Assembly: GCA_051294905.1 (NCBI GenBank)
Contig: CM119385.1
Coordinates: forward strand, 20,894,001-20,958,000
DNA: 64,000 bases
Source of the DNA: Botryllus schlosseri
Lineage: Eukaryota
Direction of reading: 5' to 3'
The first letter of the stretch is position 1, and each line of letters opens with the position of its first letter. The position numbers and the translations under genes were made by a program. The notes under the pieces are model-generated. The model ran no database searches and was not told the DNA's origin. It saw only the letters and a list, made by a program, of their open reading frames with translations. Below are positions 1-13,286 of the stretch, piece by piece.

Positions 1-881
1 TAGAATGCGTAGAGTCAATACACAAATTCACTAGTGCCGAGTCAACAAAAAATTCTGACTCGAGTCGCTACAACCCTGCCTATAACAACAAAGGCATGTT
101 CAATTGCAAGTCGACAGGTCAAGTGTAATCAAGCAGATTGGAAAATTCAGAGGACAAATTTGTGTTGATTGAACTTCAACTTCAAAAGGGGCACTGCGCT
201 CTAAATGATAGGATCTCAAATTAAAGTTGAAGGCGGGAAAAACATTTTGGCAGCAGCCATTTTCCTCATAAAGTCACCGTTTCCGAACTGCAGGTGTATA
301 ATTTCCAATGCTGTCAAAAGATTTTCACGAAAGGTATCATTCCAATCCATTTATCTATCTGGTATTGACAGGGTTGTAATGACTCGACTCGAGTCGCGAT
401 TTTTGGGTGACTCGAGTCAATTTGTGTATTGACTCGATTTCTACTCGAGTCATTGCGCATGACTCGGACCAAGTCATGTGACTTGAGTCAAAACCATAAA
501 AGTGAGATTGACTTGTGACTCGGAACTTGTGCTAAGACAGGCATTTCATTGTAATTTCGAAGAATAGTGAAGTTATCACAGTATTATTATTTCGTCTATC
601 AGTACTGATACCTTTTATTACTGCTGAACTTTCAATACAGTTGAGAGGTTCAGAATGCTGTAAAAGGTTGGATATTCAACAACTCAAAAGTTGACTCGAA
701 AATTTGATTACGGGTCAGTTCATATTTCCTGTAACTTGAGTCCAAAATCAAATCATTTTAGGGTAGTGACCAGGTCAGGTTTTTTGAATGACTGACTCAA
801 TTTAGCACCCTAAAATGAATTGACTTGGAGTCAAAATAAGGGAATACTGTTGGCAAATAGCTGACCTATAACAAGCTCAAC

Positions 882-3800
882 CTGTTGTCACTGCTCGATG
901 CTTTTTTGGCGACACATTCACCGACGATCATTCCCAGCACCCTTGTTCTCAGATTGGTCGAGTTCAAATGATGACTCATGCCGACTGCCAACCAATTGTT
1001 AAGATCTGTCCAAAAATTGATTTTAAATTATGACATTAGCGCAAAAGATAACTTGATGCATCAATTTCCTGAAATATTCAAGTAGAATTACCGTTCTTGT
1101 GCGCTGCATCCAGATTTTTGTCTATATGACTAAGACATGTCAATATTGCTTGAGATATGTATTTGTGCTGGTCGTAAGATGTGTGCTTGAGAGCGCTTTC
1201 GTCCGACCAAACCGAAAATAATTTTCCCAATACCTGTTGATAATACATTCCCACGTATAATGCTTGAAGATACTCTTGGATGTACAGAGCTTTATACAAT
1301 TCAATAAAATATTCATATTGAAATGAACCCGAATATTTTCGACTGACATTTATCAGAGATAATAATCGTCAGCTAGTTGTTGACGTTTACCCCTGACGCC
1401 TATTTAGTCAAAAATATTTCAATATGAATATTATGCAAATATACTACCGGTACCGATGTTTATCTTGATGAAACGTTAGCCACATCACGTCACTGAAACA
1501 TCTGTCTCAGTGCATATATATTGTTGACTAAGTGAAAGATGTAGCTGAAAATACTTATTTTTACATTATTCTTACAGTGATACAAGCGGATTTTCATGTA
1601 AACTCCTTTTTGATCAAATCATACTGATCGTGTTTAGTAAAACCTGACCTGTAGGCCTATATCAGGAAAATATCTAGCTCTGTTGAAAAATCGAGCTATT
1701 CCAGTTGACATTTATCAGTCTGATCACTCAGTTCATCACTCATGCAACTGAGATTGGATTAATTTATGAGAACCATTGTAGTTGTGCGTTGTGCTTCCTT
1801 AACTAATTACGGTTGATGAACTGGAAGTCGCCTAATACTTTCTCACTTGGCTCAATTTTTATTGTAAATAAAGGAAGTGTTGCCTATATATGGGGGATAT
1901 TTTGCAAAGTAATGCATCTAATTAGAAGGTCTATGTCAGGAGTCAGCAACCTTTTTGGCCATGCGGACCTGTTTCAAAATGAAATTTTCTTCGCGCACCA
2001 GTGTTCAATAAACATAAACGTTCAAATTTGAAAATCTTTTATCAGTGATGTTGTGTATGAAATTTTCGTGGACCAGTAATGAATTTATCCTATGGCCTAT
2101 TAATATTTTTGACTTGACAAAAAAATTTTTAAATTATCGTGTTAGGTCAAAAATTATCAAGATTGTTTACAAATTACGAAAATATCAAAATCTTCAATTT
2201 TCAAGTCAAAATTGTTAAATTTTTAGGTCAAAAAATAATCGCTCTAATCACCAGGAATTGAGTCTGGACAAGTTGGGGCTCATGGGATTTTGACAAGTTG
2301 CAGAAAATATATGAAAATGATATATACGTCAACGTCATAACCAGTTCATATACGATACCTCGAAAAAAATGTCTTTCGCAACGCTCGCAATAGATCCGAT
2401 GACGTTTTTTAGAACATTTATATCGGTAAAATATCGTGAAAACAATAGCTTGTGTGTGAGAATGGATTTCAATTTTCTGTTGTGAAGAATCGAATCCCCG
2501 AATATCCAAGTCATACATCCATACCTGAAACAGACACAGGGATCAGTAACAGTGTCAATATCCTCAGTCAACATACGTACAGATAAATTCGTTCCCTAGT
2601 GCTCTAAGAATATTTGGCTTTATCAATGTCACAATTGACAATCAAAAAGCGATCGTAATGTCAGTTATTCTAACAGTGAGGTATTGAACAGAAATTGAAT
2701 AAAATTGCAGCCGTTAAAATATCAAGTTTGTGGCATTACGAAGACACTATTGCTCCAACTGCAGGCTCATTATGACCTCTATAGTAGGCAAAGTAATCTA
2801 TACTTACCAGGGAGAGGTCTTTGCAAAATGCAAAACTAACGATTCCAAATGCTTCCCATCCATTGTAATTACAATCTTTTTCGACAATCTTCGCCAAATA
2901 TAATCAGAGTGTGAATTGGCAATCATCAGAGGAAAAAATATCCCAAAAAAGGCATCTAGGAGCATTGAGTACAGTTTTAAGCGAGGTAACGCACTCTCAT
3001 ATCGTTAAAGACACCTCAGCCAAAAACGGTCGAAAATTTGACCATTCCATTCGAAGACATGGACTTATCAAACACATTATCCATGAAGGCATGAATTGCA
3101 CACTCTTCTATATTAATATGAATATAATAAAATAATATAAATATAATTATGTGTAGTGATGTCTGAATATATATATCGGCTTTCAATTAAATAAAAGGGC
3201 AAAAGAAAACAGGAAACAAAGGAGCATCAAGATATCAGTTTTGGGCCCTTATCAAGCGCCTCCAGCGTGGGCGGTCGTGGGCGTCTTCGAGCGATAGCCC
3301 GCGTTGCGCTAGCTCGGTCTCTATTGTTGAGCGCCATGTGGTTCTATTCCAGCCACCTCTGCGCCATGGCTCTGTCGGAATGTGGTTGATGATGGCGGCG
3401 GCTGGTTGATCGTCTTGATGCCGCACTAGATGACCGATTAAGCGTAAGCGTCGTTCAGCAGCCAGCAAACGGCATGGGACTGTTTTTGTGAGTTTGCGCA
3501 GAGCATTGGTGGATATGTGCTCCGGGTGTCTGAAGCAGTGGTATTTGACCCAAAATCCTATTGGGGAGACTTCCACTTTAAGTAACCGTGAGTCATTTCA
3601 TACTTCTCAAGTCAATTATTTTTAGGCAAGTGACTCGAGACAAGTAAAGCCATTCGAAAAACGTGACTCGATTTGTCTGACTACCAGTATCCACATTAGG
3701 GCTGTTCAAAAAACCTTTTTTTCCTGAATCTTGTTGGCTACGTGATTAAATCGTTAGGTTGCCTTAGAAAACGATGCACACGGAATTTGAATTCATTCCA

Positions 3801-6800
3801 ACCAGTATTCGCAGATCTTGTACAGTTTGAAAATTTTGAATTTACTTGAAAATGCAGAAAAAAAATTTTTTCCAATTTTTCTGTCAACCACATGAAATTG
3901 TTGAGCTGTCTTCAAAAATGATGCAAAACAAATTTGACTCAATTCCAACTCGCAGAAGCGGAGTTATCTCCGAGTTTTTCGATGATATTTCTTCGATTAT
4001 CTACCGATCAAGGATAATCCCAGAATTATCAAAGAAAAACTCAAATAACCCAGCCTCAACGGGTTGGAATTGAGTCAAATTTGTTTTTCATCGTTTTTGA
4101 CGGTGTTGGATAGGCCTGGTGTTGAATAAAACAGTTTTCGCCCCTACCATATTTTAGAAATTTTGTCACAAATAATGCAGAAACTAAAACAAATACCTGC
4201 TTTGCTACCCGAACAGAAAGATCCAATCATGCGAGATATAAATTTCAAGGAAACACTTTCACTTTTTCTCATCTTTGCGACCAAAGCATCAATGGCCTTT
4301 CCAGTATTGAGAGCCAGCATTTGAAAAAATACGATGTGATGGAATATCTCGCTGAAAATTAAAAATCAGTGATACGGGATCACGGGATACCGTTAGGGAA
4401 TAAAATTGGTTAATAACTCAGTTTGAGAAGTTGTGCAGCAATTTGTACTACGCCGCCTGATCCGTGGACGACTGAACGTGTGTCAGAGTTGTGTTTAGGG
4501 TTATAAACAAACATGCTCGACTATTGTTTTTCATTGTTTCCTAGGCTCAAATGTCGGGCAATTGTATTATAGCCATCAATACGTAGGCTACATGTATTAG
4601 ACTTAAACATATTGTGTTGCTGTAAGGCCACCTGTTATGCTGATGGATATGTTGCCATGATTCGGATTTCTTCGCCATTTGACAGCTGGTTTATAAAACT
4701 TTGTTGTTTTTGTACACCAGGTTGTGCTTTTAGTATATGTATGCAATAGGGCTGTTCAAAAATACCTTTTTCCTCCAAATGTTACTGGCTATTTGATAAA
4801 ATTGTTAGGTTGCTGAAAAACACTACACACCGAATTTGGCTAAATTCAAACCTATAGAAGCGAAACCGATAGAGTTAAACTTTTCAAAAATACCTTTTTC
4901 CTCCAAATGTTACTGGCTATTTGATAAAATTGTTAGGTTGCTGAAAAACACTACACACCGAATTTGGCTAAATTCAAACCTATAGAAGCGAAACCGATAG
5001 AGTTAAACTTTTTTGGATTTCTTCAAAAAAATTTTTTTTTCAAATTTTACTGGTCAAGTCATGAAATTACTAAGCTGTCTGAAAAAAAAACGATATATAG
5101 CAAATATGGCTCAATCGCAACAGGCAGAAGCGAAGTTATTGAAGTAGAAAGTTATGGATTTGAAGTTATAGTATTTACGGTGAGTGGGTATATAATTAAA
5201 GAATTTCCCGAAATCCAAAATTTTGTACTCCAATATTTTCGTTTCTACAGGTTAGAATAGAGACAAACCTGTTATGCATCATTTTTCAGACAAATGATTA
5301 ATTTCATGGCGTTTCCAGAAAAAAATTTGAAAAAAAACAACATTTTTTTATTGAATTTGAAATTTCCTAACTCAATAGCTTCGCTTCTTAAGGTCGAAAT
5401 TGAGTCAAATTTCGTGCTTAGTGTTTTTTATAGCCAACCTAACAATTTTAACAAATAGCCAGTAAAATGAGAAAAAAAGTTATTTGAACAGCCCTAGTTT
5501 GCAAATTTGGCTTGAGCCATTTTATTCAGCTAGTTATAACAGACTTGAGTTGATCTGTTTTATGTGTCAGGTAAAGCTTAAAATAATCTTGTAGCTTACC
5601 TGAATTTCCCCGAAGTATTATTAGCAACTGCATTCGGTAATGAATTCAAGGAGTTCACGAGACTTTCCATCATTCTATTTTCACTGATACTGTTCTCGCT
5701 GCACATCGTCGATTTAGCGACCAATAGAGAAGTAAATCGGCCGTCTCTGAAATACCGTGCAAGGCACATCAAGCAGAGCTCCTGTCGAGATCCAACACTG
5801 AAAAGTATCAAATGTAATGGGTTATCAGCTAGGGCAAGTTTTTGTCGCCGTCAAATTCCTGGATAGTTGCACTTATTTTTCACAAAAATTGCGGTAAAAA
5901 GTTGCATTTAATTTTTGCATAGGTCGCACTAAAAAGTTGCATTTATGGAAAAGTTCCTTCAAATTATTACGTTTTGAGATACTCGAATTGGTACGTATCC
6001 AAAGCACTCTAGCAAAACTCAATGTTGGCGAATTCAACAAAATCAATAGCCTGACAAAATTAATCCAGCGAAAATATAATTTTCGGCGGTCCAGCCTGAA
6101 TGTACGTCTAAACAGAAAAGACATCAAATTTAAACGGCAGTGAAATAAACAATCGGTGCATTTACATATAGTGCCACATGTTTCCAGTGAAAAGTTGCAT
6201 AAAAATCAAACAAACTTACAAAAAGCTGCATGAAAAATCGAAGAAGAGTTGCAAAAAGTAGCATGAAAAAATGAAGAAAAGTTGCAATGTAAGACTCCAT
6301 ACTACATAACTTCCGAGTAATTAGGTTGCAAAAACTTGCCCTTCAGTTGTCACGACTCATTAGGCATCAGAATTTTGGTGAAAAGCCACACAATGGATAT
6401 TAAATCAGCTGTATCTGTTAAATTGTTTACGAGCACTTTGCTATAAATGGGGGAAAATGCAAGTAATCATCCCTTTTGGAGTTGAGACGTATTATAGAGT
6501 TGGGCGACTACAAAATTTTCAGCTTTTGCAAATTAGATCAAAACTATACTAGAATTAGTACTACAATATTTTTTTTAAATTACATTAGAATTGCTGAATT
6601 CGCAGAATAAATACAAAAAAAATGAAGTTTTAGTTCATATCAATTCTGAGTCCACTCTCATTTAAGCATCATAGCGTGCGTTGTTTCGCACCATACAGTT
6701 CTCCCGTAATATTTTCAAGAAAATCAGAACTCAGATTATAATTAACATTAGAGCACAGTAAGATTTAATAAACTAGATTGGAATTAGATTACTGGCATTT

Positions 6801-7793
6801 TGCCCTAATTAGACGTCTAGAATTATCTAACTGGATAACTGTTAAATTATAAACATTATGGCATACTTCACTTGGTTGATCACAGAGATCAGTATCACGA
6901 GCGTGGCACAAGGATTACAGGTTGCTAATAATTTCATCAGTGCCGATTCTCTGTTCGATTTCCCTTCATCATTGTTCCAGATTATCCAGTCCATATCGGC
7001 CCTCACGAACAATAATTCCAGCAATCCTTCGAGATTTCCGCTGACGTTTGGCGATGTGCAATTCTGAAGAGACTGAAATAGAGAATGTAAAATATTTCGA
7101 GCGGGAGTTACAACAAAGATGATAATCACAGCCATTGCTATATCTTCTGAATAATACTTGAGTGTGGTACCTACCTTGCATGTTTGAAGATACCTTCGAT
7201 GAAATATGTATCAGGGTTGCAACCAAGTCACAAGTCAATTAAAATATCATGTTATGACTCGAGTCAATTTCAATTTACCACCGAGTCAAGTCCGACTCGA
7301 AGTCGGGGAGCAACAGGTCGAGTCCGAGTCATAGTGTTGTGACTCGAGTCCGAGTAATAGTGTTTACTGTTCAGTATCGAGTTAAGGTCAGGTTCAACTC
7401 ATTCATAATAGGGAAATGAACATTTTTCTCACTCTGAACATGTTTATTGAATCAGATATAAGACAGTTTATGGGCCGATATCTTCAATTAACAGTCCTGA
7501 TATACGAGATTTGAATAATTTATATAGAATGTGTCGAGTCATATGCCTTTGGTGTCATCATGCGCAATGACTTCAGTATAATTCGATTCAAAACAAAAAT
7601 TGACTCGAGTCAACGAAAAATTGAGACTCGAGTCGAGTCATGACTCGATTCATTACAACCCTGACCTGCTTTGTCTCAGATTTACCTTTGTAATGTCTTC
7701 GATTTTCTGATCCAAAATTTGTATGTCTATCTTGTTCTTGGAAGCGATGTAGCGGCATTCTCTCAGATTTGTTAGCAAATCAGAGGAATTCAT
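882..7793 (-). CDS. TELO2: Telomere length regulation protein TEL2 homolog (TTT complex), 5' part; remaining exons not resolved, probably left of window
   Basis: Phase-compatible GT-AG exons: 7793-7686, ~7156-6867 (acceptor uncertain, 7174 alternative), 5797-5600, 4351-4197, 2955-2808, 2524-2359, 1233-1092, 1005-~882. Peptides LARYFRDGRF, IWRRLSKKIV, HKLLFSRY, WSDESALKHTSYDQHKYISQAIL and HLNSTNLRTRVLGMIVGECV match TELO2 motifs in the expected order. Confidence 0.82.
3200..3576 (-). mobile_element. 5'-truncated RTE-clade LINE (TELO2 intron 4)
   Basis: RRLRLIGHLVR...RRGGWNRTTW...AHDRPRWR is the typical RTE ORF C-terminus. Confidence 0.8.
3697..4100. mobile_element. Family C MITE, right arm truncated
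   Basis: Left TIR TAGGGCTGTTCAAAAA, body similar to the 25754 copy, no right TIR. Confidence 0.8.
4747..5496. mobile_element. Foldback hAT-type MITE, family C, with internal 128-bp tandem duplication
   Basis: TAGGGCTGTTCAAAAA...TTTGAACAGCCCTA, TSD GTATGCAA/GTTTGCAA. Confidence 0.88.
5830..6343. mobile_element. MITE in TELO2 intron 2
   Basis: TIR AGGGCAAGTTTTTG / CAAAAACTTGCCCT, AAAAGTTGCA internal repeats. Confidence 0.75.
7212..7663. mobile_element. MITE family A (GACTCGAGTC-rich); other copies 1-78, 369-535, 21421-21990, 39802-40055, 61497-61635, 62300-62357
   Basis: CAGGGTTG...CAACCCTG termini, many GACTCGAGTC palindromes and a shared TCACAAGTCAATCTCACTTTTA block. Confidence 0.8.
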
Positions 7794-8089
7794 AATTTCA
7801 AATGTAGGCTGATTAAGTAACACCATATGCTAAAACATATAGGCCTATAGGCTATATTTATATAATAATTCAATTATTGTTGTACTATTGTCAGTTTTCA
7901 CCCTTCATGTACTATGAACCATATGCACCGTTATACTCATAGGCCTATGGTATCAGATCCAAGCATTTTATAAATGGTGTCAGACGTGAAAAATTGCTAT
8001 AATCCATATTAGATCTCTTTTCAGACATTCTCCTATGTTCTTGGCCTTTTAATGGCAGACAGGCTGAAGGAAACTTTTGTTATAGTATC

Positions 8090-9200
8090 GTAATTTTATA
8101 CTTAATGTCCGTCGCGTGAAACGCGAGCTGTATTTGGTCGATTTGAATAACATTGGTGTAATCCCACTTAAAATGCTATTTTATAGAATGTTCGTACAGT
8201 AATTTTTATCGTCGATCTGCCATAACCGTACAAAATGGTGTATGTGATCGCGCATGACGTTCGATCGTCGGCAACATCAGGAAATAGGTCTGCCAGTCTG
8301 CCAAGCACGCGCAAGACAAGCCATTACTACTATTTACATGAAATCCACAACACCGCGCTACCGTGTTCGAACTGAGCCGCACTTAGCTCCGTGTCCAAAA
8401 CATCGAGATAGGTACTAAGTAGGCTTATACCACACCACCCATTGAGCTTCACGAACACCCACTGATTCTACAGTCTGATATCTATTGATCGATTTGACAG
8501 TTCCAAGTAACTATACTAGCCAGTCTTCAGGATTACCGGACCACGACCTAACATCGACCTCGCCCTCCGCCACCCCATTTTGTCGCTTGCGTCTTATATT
8601 CTCTGCATTACTTCTCATTAAGTGTGCATGCCTCTTATTTACTTCGCCTAGGCTAAGGTGGGTGTCTGATCTTAATGGCTACTCCAAGTTGTTTCGACAC
8701 CCTCCTATCTTTTCATTGTATCGCAGTCTTGTGATGTTTTGAAACGATAAAAATATTAATAAACCTGACTGACTGACTGACTATATACAACTGCGTTCAA
8801 AATTCTAACATGCTCCGAGTAACTTACCGGACATCTGTGTTATTTGCGTATCTTAATAACTAACAAATATTCATAGGTTATATAATTTGCATCAGCTCAA
8901 GACGCACAATGTACAACGCGATGTATAATATAGCTCAGTGCACGAAACACATTGTACCGAAGACCGAATGGATAGAATGTCGAAACGAAGGCCTACTGCA
9001 CCGAAGTACGGTACAAAATTTACAAAACGATTTGAGCTCTGCTCCGATTGTGGGAAAAAATGAATTCAAAACGTGATATTTCGCGCTGTGCGCAGCGCAT
9101 TTATATTCCCCTCATTTACTTCCGCAGCTTCAGTCGTCTCGGGATCTGTCTCTCGTTTAGAGGAAGTTAACGTATTTAGACCGCGCTGACGCATTGTACC
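8090..9200. promoter_or_regulatory. Divergent promoter region TELO2/ANKRD10 (contains a LINE 3' fragment)
   Basis: Between head-to-head ATGs at 7793(-) and 9209(+); CpG-richer patches near 8250-8400 and 9080-9200. Confidence 0.4.
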
Positions 9201-9208
9201 TCCTGAAT

Positions 9209-10385
9209 ATGTGCAGTTATCAGTCGGATGCAATCGGTTTGTGGGGTGGCGAAGGCGAAGACATCATTAAAAGAGATTTCCCCATTCACAGGGCTTGCCG
9301 AGACGGCGATCTCGACTCCTTGCGTAGGCTGCGGGCAGTAGCCGCTCGCGAACAGCTTGTAGCGGAAGACAAGTTCTACGGGTGGACGCCGATACACTGG
9401 GCTGCATACTTCGGTAAAATCGACTGCCTCAATGAAATACTGTCGTACGGAGTTCCATCAAATATATGCACTACTAAATTCAAGCAGACACCGTGTCATA
9501 TCGCGTCTTTTGGCGGCCATCCTAAATGCCTAGTGAGGCTATTAAAAGCAGGAGCCAACTTTCATGCTCAGGATTATTTAGGAGAAACTCCTATTCATAA
9601 AGCAGCAAGGGTTGGAAACATTGAATCAATCAGAATATTGCTCTCGACTGGCTCCAGAGTAAATTTGTGTAATAACAACGGGCACACGCCGAGTGATTTA
9701 GCGAGGATGCAAGGCTACCTCGAGTGCGCAAAATCGATGGAATCGCCGGGCTACGCGTCTCAACAATGCGTCAGTCTGAGCACGGGTAATTCTGGAATTT
9801 TCATGAACGGTAATCATTTTAACGGCGCTGGCGCCAATGGAAAAGATGTTTCTCGCAAACGATTATACTCAGATGAAAGCATGCCCGTTCATAAACGGAG
9901 CAAACTTGAGATTACTGCGGTGCATCATCAGAATGGTCATATCAACGGCAACGGACTGTCAGCCCAGGTTGGAATCCCGGTACGCTTAGCGCAATATCTT
10001 TGGTGTGCCAAGGCGGTTCTCGGCGTCACACCTGTGTGCATTCAGTAGAATCTTTGGTGTGCACGAGACACCGATTCCATATTGGCTGTCAGCTAATGTG
10101 CGCGAAGACGTTGATGATTGTATGGACACAGAGGCCAGCATGAACGGCGTTACAGTCCAACAGACTGCTGAAAACCCTCACCAGGAAGACTACCACCGTG
10201 CACCTAGTCCAGGGATGGACATCAATTTAGATTGTGACTCCGACATGCAGTATTGGGGACATCAAAATGGTTATGGGGATACTGCGGAAACAATGCCTTC
10301 TCCAAAATGTAAACAAAATGTGAATGGATACGGCCGGTCTTCGTGTGTTGCATTCAGAGGTGTACAGTCAAGGGGATGGAATTGA
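9209..10385 (+). CDS. ANKRD10: Ankyrin repeat domain protein 10; main ORF 9209-10048, conserved C-terminal motif in +1 frame (9990-10385)
   Basis: ATG at 9209. FPIHRACRDGDL, DKFYGWTPIHWAAYFGK and QTPCHIASFGGHPKCL match the ANKRD10 N-terminus; YWGHQNGYGDTAETMP in ORF 10005-10385 matches human YYGHYHGFGDTAESIP. Confidence 0.85.
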
Positions 10386-10972
10386 TCTCAATCCATCATT
10401 TTCTAAATCTTTGTTATCTACCAAAGATGCAATCGATTCATAGCGCATCCAGGCTATATTAGCTGCCTTTTTAAGGAACTTTTCACAGGGAAAAGTTACG
10501 GGCGCTCCAGGAGTGTGTGTATTAGTTCTTTATTTGTTTTATACCCTTTGCTTACTTCTGATTTGGTGATTTGCTGCTTCTGTGCTATTTTCAGCATATT
10601 TTGTGATTATAAAGACTGAACTTTTTGCAATATGCTGTTGTTTTGTTTCATCCAAGTACTTGCTGGTATCATAAGATCATGATGAGCAGTATTACGAGAG
10701 TTGTTGACCTGGCACCTGCAAAACTAGTTTTAGAAGGGTCCATGAAAGGCCAATGCTGATATCACTATAACCAATAAAACTAACACTATAACCAATAATA
10801 CTAACTATGTTGTCCTTATTTATAAGATGCGCAGTTTATAAGGCGTCTATACTTTGTCTTATTTCTGGTGCTCACCACAGATCACACTAGCCACACCGAT
10901 CCAAACACAGATATATGTACTCTAGTAAAGGGTTAGGGCAGTGGTTCTCACACTTTTTTAGATACGCCACCG

Positions 10973-11066
10973 TTTATGATAGTGAAAAATTTTGCGCACC
11001 CCTTTATGATAGTGAAAAATTTTGCGCACCCCTTTATGATAGTGAAAAATTTTGCGCACCCCTTAT
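10973..11066. repeat. 30-bp tandem repeat x3 next to a CAGTGGTTCTCA hAT-like end (10939)
   Basis: TTTATGATAGTGAAAAATTTTGCGCACCCC x3. Confidence 0.9.
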
Positions 11067-11728
11067 CACAAGATGCAACCAGAATGCTAGCATTCCTAAC
11101 GCTTGTAGCATGATGGCACGGAAGATTTTGAATGTTGATGAGAGAATTCACAAATCTGAAATTCAGACTATACGAAGAGCAATAACTATGAATTGGAGGT
11201 AAATCACACAGGGCACAAAAATTTTTTTGCAGTTGACCGCAGCTTCGCGCCCCTCTTCAGATGCTTTCACGTCCCCCAGTTTGAGAACCACTAGGCTAGG
11301 GGAAAGTTATGAGCCGTTTCCGTTCAGCTTGTTAGGTCAGATGGTAATTAGGTTTGGATCGGACGAAATTGATGCCGAAACTTCACTTTTATTCTACTCA
11401 GTATTCAATTTAACCCTGGCTGCGCAAGGGCGCAGTTTGAAAAATGATCTGTAAAGAAGTGACTACAGACGGTCCACTCAAACATCCAAAAGAGGGTAAA
11501 GAACCCCTGCGGTATGATAGTTGAAATTAACCAGGACCTGCCTGGATACAAGATATAGGACTATATTAGTCTTCGCCTTCCACATAGTGGACAAATATGA
11601 TATATTCAATATAGCAAATAGTGGACAAATATGATATATTCAATATAGCAAAGGTGAAACCGAAACATGACCAATAAAATTAGGTGCAACATGGTATGGT
11701 TAAACATGACCAATGAAAATAGGTAATT

Positions 11729-12487
11729 TCAGGCAATACTAACGTAAAGCTCTAAAGCTGATCCAGAAAACACAATATTAGCATCTACGGCGGCTTTTAT
11801 ATTCATACCCGGGTCCAGATCAGCGTCAGAGTTCTTGCATCTTAACATGATTTTTTTCGAAAAAGATTCATTGTTTGCGTTGGTGATGCCGCTGATGTTA
11901 GCCGCTTTATCCAGCAGCTGGCCAAATGTCCATCTTTCTGAGACAAAAATATTCAGGTCTTTATCATTTTTCGGTCGCTTTACGGAGAAGAAGACTCTGC
12001 GTTCGTCTGGTATATTTTTATCCCCTATCGCAACTTGTTTCAACTTCATCAACGCGATCTTCGCAGCCAAGCGTTGCTGCTTTGGGTTTAAAACTTTCTT
12101 TCTATGCTTTGCCACCGAATTGTTGTCCTTTTTCAAAACAACCGAAGATGTATGGGACGAAGTAGAATTTGCTTTTTGATGCAGAGAAGGACACTGATGG
12201 TCTTCGGGAAGGCGATGATGAACACAAAACTTCTTCTCGCAGCTACTGCACAATATTTCCAACAGTTCAGCTTTCTCACATATATCCAATGAGCATTTAT
12301 ATGATATTTTCTTAGAGCCCGTCCCAGGAATTTCAACAGTTTTATTTGCTGTAGCGCAGCTGTGTGCAGTTATACTTCGGTGATTCAAGCAATATACCTT
12401 GCCACAATAATCACATTGGAAGGGTAAAAAGTCTAGCTGATTGCAATTTGAAAAACTGCAGTGTAAACCTAGATCTAGCTCTGCCAT
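11729..12487 (-). CDS. ZFAND1: AN1-type zinc finger protein 1, intronless CDS
   Basis: First ATG at 12487 (MAELDLGLHC...DFLPFQC). Two AN1 zinc fingers, KIALMKLK..A.GDK motif and a C-terminal ubiquitin-like region. Confidence 0.9.
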   Translation of the reverse strand: MAELDLGLHCSFSNCNQLDFLPFQCDYCGKVYCLNHRSITAHSCATANKTVEIPGTGSKKISYKCSLDICEKAELLEILCSSCEKKFCVHHRLPEDHQCPSLHQKANSTSSHTSSVVLKKDNNSVAKHRKKVLNPKQQRLAAKIALMKLKQVAIGDKNIPDERRVFFSVKRPKNDKDLNIFVSERWTFGQLLDKAANISGITNANNESFSKKIMLRCKNSDADLDPGMNIKAAVDANIVFSGSALELYVSIA

Positions 12488-12605
12488 AAGAGCAGGTCTT
12501 ATAACTAGAATATAAAATGTATTGAGTGATAACTGTTGCACGAATAATAAAAGACATACAAATGAACCACGCAATTCAATAATGGCTTAGATATTGGCTT
12601 AGTAG

Positions 12606-13286
12606 CTATGAATTCATGTTATCATCGCAATAGTAATAAGCATTTGCAGACTGCGAAAGCACCCACTGATTCGCACGAAGTTCAATTACTTCGAGCAGCA
12701 TCAAACGTGAAAGCTGATCAGTTTCAGCACGTAAAAACAATTCTCGAATACTACAAAACAATTCTGCCATTTTACTTTCATTCAATCTCTCAAGTGCTTT
12801 TCCGTGCAGCTGCAGTTGCCTCACAATGCACTGCACACATTCTTGGTTACCTGAACTATAACGGGCTGACGCCAGTACAACCAGGCTGTCAATGAGCGGA
12901 ACGACAAGTGCATGTAGTGGCTCCTCCTTGATACGAATGTGGTGAAATATGCTGCCTAGCAACGATACGAAATTCACCCAGTCGAGTTCGCATTCGTGAC
13001 CATCAGTAGACCTAATCTGGGTGTACTCTCGGTGCAATGTATTCAAGATATGTTTCCGAAATTCTAATTCCTTGGCAGATTCTTTTTCATACTTGATGAA
13101 AAGAGCGCATAGCTTGGCGGTGTCGCTGCTATACCTGTGATTTGATATGCCGCGTCGTATGATAACATCCATCAGTCGGTTTAAATCTGGCTGCCTGTCG
13201 CCCGACCGAATTCCGTCCAAGGCCTGGCAGACGAAGGTTTTATCCTTTGCATCGAATCCGAGTCGATCCAACAAACTGCTCTCCAT
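12606..13286 (-). CDS. MIF4GD: MIF4G domain-containing protein (SLIP1-like), intronless CDS
   Basis: 226-aa ORF. FRKHILNTLHREY, QLQLHGKALERLN..M.ELF and LLLEVIELRANQW...AYYY match MIF4GD. Confidence 0.85.
   Translation of the reverse strand: MESSLLDRLGFDAKDKTFVCQALDGIRSGDRQPDLNRLMDVIIRRGISNHRYSSDTAKLCALFIKYEKESAKELEFRKHILNTLHREYTQIRSTDGHECELDWVNFVSLLGSIFHHIRIKEEPLHALVVPLIDSLVVLASARYSSGNQECVQCIVRQLQLHGKALERLNESKMAELFCSIRELFLRAETDQLSRLMLLEVIELRANQWVLSQSANAYYYCDDNMNS

Noticed and set aside
612-882. Further TELO2 exons (728-, 657-612)
   Set aside because: Candidates were out of phase or stopped early; left unresolved.
2956-3110. Extra TELO2 exon with an in-frame TGA (selenocysteine or readthrough)
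   Set aside because: The true upstream exon is 4351-4197 and splices in phase to 2955; this stretch is intron.
10973-11066. CRISPR array
   Set aside because: Repeats are head-to-tail with no spacers, the context is eukaryotic, and there are no cas genes.
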